A stretch of 54,096 nucleotides of DNA, taken from positions 459 through 54,554 of the forward strand of contig JACIVQ010000003.1 of the NCBI GenBank assembly GCA_014361445.1, written 5' to 3'. This DNA is from Methanosuratincolales archaeon. Its GTDB lineage: Archaea > Thermoproteota > Methanomethylicia > Methanomethylicales > Methanomethylicaceae. Every line of letters starts with the position of its first letter. Within the stretch, counting starts at the first letter, position 1. Shown here in pieces: positions 1-5,667 of this stretch. The translations under genes were made by a program, and so were the position numbers. The notes under the pieces were generated by a model. The model made no database searches. It was not told the origin of the DNA and saw nothing but the letters and a program-made list of their open reading frames with translations.

Positions 1-903
1 TTAGCCACATATTTCCTCCAATGAATGCCACACGTTCATCAAATGAACTTGCTCCTTTGCATAAATGGTCCTTATGTGTGAGATCAGGTTTTCAAGTTCA
101 TCTCTACTAAGCTCTTTTTCAAGCTGGATCCACTCCCTTGCATACTTGTCTTTGGAATTTTTATCTTGGATGGCTTCAAGGTTTCTCCCTTTAATGATGT
201 CTATGGATGAGAGTGGGAGACCGCGCGTGTTCAAGATGTTGAAAAGTCTTATTGCGGATGACAAATCCGACGTTCGAATACCCACAACATAAACGTTGTT
301 TAATAAATATGTGATAAAATTATGGAGTTGTTCTTCCCCACTAAGCACTGAAAAGTGTTCAGCAAACAGCTCGTGAAATGTTTTGACTGCTTCGTAAAGA
401 TGATAAGCAGGATCATCCTCATCCTTAAGTTTACCTTTAAATTGCTTTAGAAATTCTATAGTTCCTCCTTCTACGTAAATATAATTATTAAAGTATGGCT
501 CTAATTCCTCCCAAGGCTTTAAGCGTTCAGTTTTTGGTAGTTTCAATAGCGGGTTTTCCTCTTGGAATAATATATTCTGTAGCGTGTTCTTGAATTTCTG
601 ATCTCGGATAAGGTCTCTTGCGACTGCGATCAGCGTTAACAGGGAAACTAACCTTTGTTGACCATCAATCACCTGATGCAACTTTTCTCTCTCATTAACT
701 AAAACCATTGAACCCAAAAAGTAAATTCCAGAACCCTTTGATTCAACCATAGACTCATAAATGTCTGTAAATAATTTCTCGAAACGTTCTTTATCCCAAC
801 TAAATGGGCGCTGAAATAATGGAATATTAAATGTGAACTCTTCACTTAAAATGTACTTAACTAAATAATGCTTTGCATCAATAGGAGCATTTAACTCAGA
901 CAT
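1..903 (-). CDS. DUF262 / ParB-like (GmrSD N-terminal type) nuclease-domain protein, 300 aa, complete; its stop codon is window bases 1-3
   Basis: Family signature VIDGQQRLVSL (DGQQR) preceded by FQRPFSW in the ORF-track protein. No DUF1524/HNH-like C-terminal half within the 300 aa. Hand-counted sample lines are 28-47 percent GC, below core genes. Confidence 0.7.
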   Translation of the reverse strand: MSELNAPIDAKHYLVKYILSEEFTFNIPLFQRPFSWDKERFEKLFTDIYESMVESKGSGIYFLGSMVLVNEREKLHQVIDGQQRLVSLLTLIAVARDLIRDQKFKNTLQNILFQEENPLLKLPKTERLKPWEELEPYFNNYIYVEGGTIEFLKQFKGKLKDEDDPAYHLYEAVKTFHELFAEHFSVLSGEEQLHNFITYLLNNVYVVGIRTSDLSSAIRLFNILNTRGLPLSSIDIIKGRNLEAIQDKNSKDKYAREWIQLEKELSRDELENLISHIRTIYAKEQVHLMNVWHSLEEICG

Positions 904-1067
904 ATATTACAATTGTTGATTTTTTCTTAAAAGTTTAACCTTACCAAGGCTCCCCGTGCTTTTGGAGATAACCAAGTCAATTTTAATTTCAATAAATTTA
1001 AGAACGCCAAAATTTGCTTCTTTTCCCAAAAGCAGGTAAATCTCATCATCAATCTTTATACATATTA

Positions 1068-1153
1068 CATATGAATATATGAAATTGTCATATGTTAAAA
1101 TTTGATTAATATATGAGATTATCTGATATTCATATGTTCATATTTCATATGTT
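1068..1153. repeat. Array of four CATATG cores: three exact 9-mers TCATATGTT (1088-1096, 1130-1138, 1145-1153) plus ACATATGAA (1067-1075)
   Basis: Read directly from the sequence. Core starts are 1068, 1089, 1131 and 1146, giving spacings of 21, 42 and 15 bp. The array lies in the 292-bp spacer between the wHTH gene end (1196) and the DUF262 start (903). Confidence 0.6.
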
Positions 1154-1195
1154 ACCGACAGGTATGTTATTATAAAAAATCGCCTTGATGCGGGA

Positions 1196-2230
1196 TCAGG
1201 TCGTTCTGGGTATCTTCTCTAAAAACTGAAGCAGGTCACTCCAAAACTCAAGGCTGTCTTTCTGTGGTATGTCTTCTATCGTCCATATTTCGGCAGGGTC
1301 GAGTTTTCTTGAATAGTAACGCCCTGGTAGGTTTTGTGCTTTCTTAAGAACCCTGATAATCTCACATATGAGATTGATTTGCCTTCTCAGATATGTGCGG
1401 TGATCCAACCAACCAAGCTTTAAAGCCTTGAACCATTCCTCAAACCTATCAGTCCGTATGACTTTTTCAGTCCTGCTCAGTTCTTGTTCTCCGAGTGAGA
1501 GTATAAAACCAAACCGCACCTGCTCGAGTCTTTCGAGGGCAGTGCTGATGGTAGTTTTTCTCTCTTCAAGGAACTTCAAGTTCTCTTCCTTATCTGGGAA
1601 TTCAGGATGTTTTTGTATACAGAACTTCAACCAACCATTCAGGTAATTAATTACTCGAAGTTTGGCTACTTCTTCAAGCTTTATTGCTTCCAGCCCATAA
1701 CCAAAATAAATGGTTAGGTCGTCTTGTAGGAGACTCTCTTCTGATTTACCCGAGTACTCGCTCAAACATGAAGAGCCTAACCAGACAAGTCGGGCACAAC
1801 ATTCTTGCATTTCGGTGTCCCACAATCCTTGCAGTTTGGTAGCGAAACACACCTCAACGATCTCTTTGAAAAGAGTTGCCACCTGGTCAGGATAATTCTC
1901 CAAATTCCAGTATAATATCGGGGGCTCTGGACCACCCAAGCATAAGTGCTCCTGTTCTAATATTGAAAGTAGTGTTCTGCGGGTATAGTTTTCAAGGTAC
2001 TCATGTGTTAGTTTGTAAACAATCCTCACAACCTTCCCTTCGCCCTCGAGTGTTTTTTTAATTAAGCCCTTTTTCATTAAGCTTCTAAGAGCGCAGGACA
2101 GGGTGCGCGGCTTCATACCAAGTTCACTTTTAATCTTGTTGAAATTCATCCCCCTGCCATTGTTTTGCATCAACAGGTTGAGGACTTTCTTCTGGGCTGA
2201 TGCATCCCTTCCCAATTTTTCCGACCTCAA
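1196..2230 (-). CDS. Winged-helix (MarR/ArsR-like) DNA-binding protein with a large alpha-helical C-terminal domain of unknown function, 344 aa
   Basis: N-terminus KKVLNLLMQNNGRGMNFNKIKSELGMKPRTLSCALRSLMKKGLIKK...VVRIVYKLT has the helix-turn-helix-wing pattern. TTG start at 2228-2230; the start is uncertain (internal ATGs at M21 and M28). Divergent from the cassette. Confidence 0.55.
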   Translation of the reverse strand: MRSEKLGRDASAQKKVLNLLMQNNGRGMNFNKIKSELGMKPRTLSCALRSLMKKGLIKKTLEGEGKVVRIVYKLTHEYLENYTRRTLLSILEQEHLCLGGPEPPILYWNLENYPDQVATLFKEIVEVCFATKLQGLWDTEMQECCARLVWLGSSCLSEYSGKSEESLLQDDLTIYFGYGLEAIKLEEVAKLRVINYLNGWLKFCIQKHPEFPDKEENLKFLEERKTTISTALERLEQVRFGFILSLGEQELSRTEKVIRTDRFEEWFKALKLGWLDHRTYLRRQINLICEIIRVLKKAQNLPGRYYSRKLDPAEIWTIEDIPQKDSLEFWSDLLQFLEKIPRTT

Positions 2231-2250
2231 TTTATATCTTGATATAAATT
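2229..2250. promoter_or_regulatory. Perfect 10+10 bp inverted repeat AATTTATATC-tt-GATATAAATT, followed by TATA-like ATATTTAAAT (2253-2262), in the 65-bp divergent promoter region
   Basis: Read directly from the sequence. Each arm contains TTTATAT (TATA-box-like) on its own strand. It sits between the wHTH gene start (2230) and the first cassette ORF (2296). Confidence 0.5.
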
Positions 2251-2295
2251 AGATATTTAAATGTTTATCCTGAAGATAATCTTAGGAGAAGGAAA

Positions 2296-2424
2296 ATGAA
2301 GGAGGACGAAAAGGAAGTTAGAATGAGTTTAGAAGAGTTCAGACTTTTCAGCGGAATGGTCGAAGAAGCACTATTGATCTTGGAAGGGAGACGAAAACGC
2401 AAAGGTGATGATGAAAATGTGTGA
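2296..2424 (+). CDS. Small ORF, 42 aa (MKEDEKEVRMSLEEFRLFSGMVEEALLILEGRRKRKGDDENV); below the ORF-track size cutoff
   Basis: ATG preceded by AGGAGAAGGAAA (SD-like). First ORF after the divergent promoter. Overlaps the next ORF by 17 nt. Confidence 0.3.
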   Translation: MKEDEKEVRMSLEEFRLFSGMVEEALLILEGRRKRKGDDENV

Positions 2425-2584
2425 ACTACCAAACTGCTTTGCATTGCATCAACCTAAACCACCAAACAAATGTGAGACCTGCCCAGTCGCTGACCTGTGT
2501 AAGGAACTCGTCCACAGGGATGAAGTCCTTAACCTGTTGAATCAAATCGAGAAAAAGATTGTCAGTGTGCTGACCAAAAGTTAG
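2408..2584 (+). CDS. Small Cys-rich ORF, 58 aa (MMKMCELPNCFALHQPKPPNKCETCPVADLCKEL...), possible zinc-binding mini-protein; below the ORF-track cutoff
   Basis: Hand translation. Cys spacing C-x4-C-x11-C-x2-C-x5-C. Ends 11 nt before the 2596 ORF. Confidence 0.35.
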   Translation: MMKMCELPNCFALHQPKPPNKCETCPVADLCKELVHRDEVLNLLNQIEKKIVSVLTKS

Positions 2585-2595
2585 GGTGAACACGC

Positions 2596-3459
2596 ATGAT
2601 CGACTTCATTACCGACTTTGGTAATTACTTAAAGACCCACTACCCGATACACCCACTGTGGGCGGACTTACTCTCGGCAACGACTCTGGCATCAGTGCTG
2701 ACCGAAGACACCTTCTTCCGCAACAATTTCGGTAGGAACAGGTGCAATCTCTGGATTGCCTACTTGGCTCCATCGGGCGACTTCAAATCCGTGCCGATTG
2801 ATGAATGTGTTATCCCCTTGTTGAGGTATTTGACTTCCTGGTATGCCAAAAACACTGGGCAACCCAGATACTTCATATTACCTTCAATCGCCTCATCAGT
2901 TGAAGGCATGATCAAACATCTTGCAGAGTTCAATTCGAGGGGGCTGATCTACCGAGACGAACTCACAACTCTCTTCAAGGAAAGCTTGCATAAGGACTAC
3001 CTCACCGATGAATTCGAGCTTTACAGTAAGTTTTACGACGGCATCATTCCACCACGGGAAACCATGAAGTTCAACCTCCGAGAGCCGCTCGAGGTATATG
3101 TTAATCTTGTGGGTGCGACTACCCCTCAACACCTCTACCACAACTTGAGCCTACAATTCTTCTTTCAGGGTTGTGGTAATCGTTGGCTCTACGTCAGGCA
3201 TCAAGTCCCAAAAAGGGCATACCAGGAAGAGGAGCTCTTTGTCCGTGACCCACCCAATTGGACGAAAGAGGAATTACCAACCGACCTGATGAAGTTTGCC
3301 GACGCGCTGATTGAAGCGTCAAAGACAGTTGTTGAGTTCACAATTGACCCAGAGGCAGAGAAAATCTCGACACACTTCTTCAACGAAAGAGAAGAGTTGA
3401 GATTTGAATTAATGAAAAGTACGAACCCCTTCATCGCCGAGTACGTTAGAAGGGACTGA
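2596..3459 (+). CDS. DUF3987-like (YfjI/primase-associated helicase-like) P-loop-type protein, N-terminal and core part, 287 aa; possibly the 5' part of a disrupted longer gene
   Basis: The layout recalls DUF3987: NLWIAYLAPSGDFKS (degenerate Walker A, GxxxxGKS becomes APSGDFKS), GLIYRDELTTLF (Walker-B-like DE), NLVGATTPQ, and GCGNRWLYV. It ends at an in-frame TGA (3457-3459), after which protein-like sequence continues in the same frame. Confidence 0.5.
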   Translation: MIDFITDFGNYLKTHYPIHPLWADLLSATTLASVLTEDTFFRNNFGRNRCNLWIAYLAPSGDFKSVPIDECVIPLLRYLTSWYAKNTGQPRYFILPSIASSVEGMIKHLAEFNSRGLIYRDELTTLFKESLHKDYLTDEFELYSKFYDGIIPPRETMKFNLREPLEVYVNLVGATTPQHLYHNLSLQFFFQGCGNRWLYVRHQVPKRAYQEEELFVRDPPNWTKEELPTDLMKFADALIEASKTVVEFTIDPEAEKISTHFFNEREELRFELMKSTNPFIAEYVRRD

Positions 3460-3620
3460 CAAAAAAGCCTCAAGCTTGCCCAGTTGAGGTGTCTGAGTCG
3501 AAACCTCTTCAACGAGCACTTCAAAGAACTCAAAATGATGATGATAGAACCTGAAGATGTCGAATGGGGTCAGGAAATCGTCAGAAAATGTTTTGAACAC
3601 TTTAACAAAATTGTTGGCGA

Positions 3621-3938
3621 ATGGGCGGCTACACCCCTGAACGAAAGCCGTCAGTCACGAAGACCCTGCAGGCAAGGATGCGGAGGTACCTCTCCATAAT
3701 AAAGTTCCACGGTATAATAAGTCAAACCCGCCTTGCCTACGAAGCAGGTGACAGCCGTGACGCCGTCTTTAGGGAGGTTATCGACAAACTCGCCGAAGCG
3801 GGCTGTATAAAGGTAATCACCAACAGCGCTGACTTTGTACGGATGAAAGGGCTCGATTGGATGAACCAACAAATGATAAGTCCGAATTTCAAGAAAGCTC
3901 CCGTTCTGTATGAGTTTATTAAGGACCTCCCACCATGA
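3621..3938 (+). CDS. Winged-helix-like small protein, 105 aa; possibly the frameshifted C-terminal tail of the DUF3987-like gene
   Basis: LQARMRRYLSIIKFHGIISQTRLAYEAGDSRDAVFREVIDKLAEAGCIKVI has a wHTH pattern like the C-termini of DUF3987-type proteins. This frame is open only from 3606. Confidence 0.4.
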   Translation: MGGYTPERKPSVTKTLQARMRRYLSIIKFHGIISQTRLAYEAGDSRDAVFREVIDKLAEAGCIKVITNSADFVRMKGLDWMNQQMISPNFKKAPVLYEFIKDLPP

Positions 3939-3954
3939 AGAGGTGTTTCCCGTG

Positions 3955-4194
3955 ATGTTATCGACCGTTCAGGACCAAAAATCTGTTGGTCGACCCCTTA
4001 TCCATGACTTCCTAAACAAAAGAGTCGTAGTGAAGACTTCCACCTTCACAGTAGAGGGCAGGCTCATCGCATATCAACCGTCCAACAAAGCCAAACGTAT
4101 CCCTGATTTGTTGTTCTTGAGAACGAGCGAAGGTATCCATGTCGTACGTGGTCCATGGACCATTATAAGCGAGGTGAAGAGAAAGCTATGCTGA
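3955..4194 (+). CDS. Small protein with an Sm/LSm-like motif pattern, 79 aa
   Basis: FLNKRVVVKTSTFTVEGRLIAYQ (Sm1-like) and LLFLRTSEGIHVVRGPWTIIS (Sm2-like xxRGxxI). ATG at 3955 lies 9 nt after GAGGTG. Confidence 0.4.
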   Translation: MLSTVQDQKSVGRPLIHDFLNKRVVVKTSTFTVEGRLIAYQPSNKAKRIPDLLFLRTSEGIHVVRGPWTIISEVKRKLC

Positions 4195-4394
4195 AGTCCA
4201 TTCTTTATGCATCGTTAAAGGCGCTCTTTCTCAGTGTGTGGGTTCTCTTGCTACGTCCTATTCTACAGCCTTCACTCAACGATTACTTCGGTAATGAGTT
4301 TTTGGGAAATTTTGTAGGCTTCTTCACCCTTTTCCTATCCGCGATTATAGTCACAGAAATACTCTGGTGGAGGAGGATGAGGACAAATGGATGA
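4188..4394 (+). CDS. Two-TM mini membrane protein, 68 aa
   Basis: Two hydrophobic helices (ALFLSVWVLLL... and FVGFFTLFLSAIIVTEILWWRR). ATG 4188 follows GGTGAAGAG and overlaps the upstream stop by 7 nt. Confidence 0.5.
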   Translation: MLKSILYASLKALFLSVWVLLLRPILQPSLNDYFGNEFLGNFVGFFTLFLSAIIVTEILWWRRMRTNG

Positions 4395-4590
4395 CTTACT
4401 CTTCCTCACCTTCTTGGGCGCCGTCCTTTTTGGTCACTATTTAGGGATGTATTTACGGGAGCAGGACGTCCTTGGGATGATATTGATCACAGCACTCTTC
4501 CTATCATTCTTGTTATGGATCCTTATCCTATGGCAAAGGAGGGACGCTGTCAAGGTTCAACCACAAGTTGTCTGGAGGGATGGGAAATGA
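4387..4590 (+). CDS. Two-TM mini membrane protein, 67 aa; likely a distant tandem paralog of 4188-4394
   Basis: Two hydrophobic helices, the second ending LWILILWQRR (compare TEILWWRR in the neighbour). 8-nt overlap with the upstream gene. Confidence 0.5.
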   Translation: MDDLLFLTFLGAVLFGHYLGMYLREQDVLGMILITALFLSFLLWILILWQRRDAVKVQPQVVWRDGK

Positions 4591-4715
4591 AGTATGAAGA
4601 ATACATGAAAAAATGGAAAGAATGGCAAAAACAACACAAAACGGCACCAGACGAGGCGTACCTCAAACAATGGAAGGAGTGGGAGAAAAAACACAGGAGG
4701 ATCAGGAATGACTGA
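4587..4715 (+). CDS. Lys/Trp-rich mini-protein, 42 aa, with an internal repeat (KKWKEWQKQHK / KQWKEWEKKHR)
   Basis: ATGA start/stop overlap with the upstream gene at 4587-4590. The repeat was read from the translation MKYEEYMKKWKEWQKQHKTAPDEAYLKQWKEWEKKHRRIRND. Confidence 0.4.
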   Translation: MKYEEYMKKWKEWQKQHKTAPDEAYLKQWKEWEKKHRRIRND

Positions 4716-4890
4716 GGAAGTCTCAATTCGAATCTTTGCCGACGACATAGAGGCTGTGAACAAGACCGTCGGAGCACTGAGAGGCATCTTCCCCAAGGTG
4801 TGGATCGAGAGCTACCAGCCCACTGAAAAAGGTTGGTCTGCAAATCTTTGGTGTTATATTGAAAGAGAGGAGGTGAGAAAAAGTGGGTGA
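4708..4890 (+). CDS. Small soluble protein, 60 aa, unknown family (paralog A)
   Basis: ORF-track entry. 8-nt overlap with the upstream ORF. About 45 percent identical by hand alignment to the next ORF. Confidence 0.55.
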   Translation: MTEEVSIRIFADDIEAVNKTVGALRGIFPKVWIESYQPTEKGWSANLWCYIEREEVRKSG

Positions 4891-5050
4891 AGTCCTTATC
4901 CAAATCTACGCGGGGAGCGCCGAAGATGCAGACAAAGCAGTCCAAGTACTCAAGCACTCTTTTCCGAAGACATGGATTGAAAAATACAAACCCTTCAGTG
5001 GCGGTTGGTTCGTCCGTCTCTGGTGTGAACTTAAGGAGGTGAAAGCATGA
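4883..5050 (+). CDS. Small soluble protein, 55 aa, GTG start (paralog B); not in the ORF track
   Basis: Hand translation VGEVLIQIYAGSAEDADKAVQVLKHSFPKTWIEKYKPFSGGWFVRLWCELKEVKA aligns with 4708-4890 (shared FPK.WIE.Y.P...GW...LWC). Preceded by GGAGGTGAG. ATGA overlap with the 5047 ORF. Confidence 0.55.
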   Translation: MGEVLIQIYAGSAEDADKAVQVLKHSFPKTWIEKYKPFSGGWFVRLWCELKEVKA

Positions 5051-5667
5051 GTGAAGAGGAAGAACTACAAGAGACATTAAGCCGAGCCGTCCGTGTGCAG
5101 GCAAAAGGGGACTTTGAGCAACTGCTCGCCAGTCAACTCGCTTCAGCACTCTTTCAAGACCCCTTGAACAAGATACGCATGGTCTTTGAGGCTTACCTAC
5201 TGCTCCCAGACGAAGATAAAGTCAAAGTCGTACCCGACGATAAAGAACACGAACGCATCTTCAGGCTTTATGAAGTAGCCATTGGCTTCAGTAACATCGT
5301 GATCGGTAGACCTCCTCCACATTACTTCGTGGAGTGTGCATCGGTACCCTTCCCATTCAGTTGGGTTGAAGGGGACAAGTACCTCGGTTTGTTTCTGAAT
5401 CGCAAGTGGGACCTCAAACACTACTTGGGCATTGAACCCGAAACTTGGGAAGGCTACCTACGGTGTTTTACGGCATATCTGATGGACGGATATGCACCCT
5501 TAAGCACGGTTAAAATGGTCGAAGAAGAGTTTGTCGTCTCTGCTATGCCTCTCGCACTCGACCTACTCAGGCGCATATTCAACAAGTTCATTACGAGAGA
5601 GACGTGGGTCGAGACTCTATCCATACTGCAGGGAAAGAAGAAGTCGGGTGTTGAGGTCTCACCATGA
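5047..5667 (+). CDS. Hypothetical protein, 206 aa, no recognisable family
   Basis: ORF-track entry, translationally coupled on both sides by ATGA overlaps at 5047-5050 and 5664-5667. Confidence 0.55.
   Translation: MSEEEELQETLSRAVRVQAKGDFEQLLASQLASALFQDPLNKIRMVFEAYLLLPDEDKVKVVPDDKEHERIFRLYEVAIGFSNIVIGRPPPHYFVECASVPFPFSWVEGDKYLGLFLNRKWDLKHYLGIEPETWEGYLRCFTAYLMDGYAPLSTVKMVEEEFVVSAMPLALDLLRRIFNKFITRETWVETLSILQGKKKSGVEVSP

Noticed and set aside
3457-3459. In-frame TGA in the DUF3987-like gene as programmed recoding (selenocysteine or readthrough)
   Set aside because: No SECIS-like structure or Sec machinery context is visible, and a second disruption (a frameshift) follows 150-180 nt later. Pseudogenisation or separate small genes are simpler explanations.
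4550-5149. 199-aa minus-strand ORF (and 4557-4796) antisense to the cassette mini-genes
   Set aside because: The plus-strand ORFs here show start/stop coupling, SD-like spacers and paralogy between neighbours. The antisense product is a low-complexity Leu/Ser/Phe/Cys-rich shadow with no motif.
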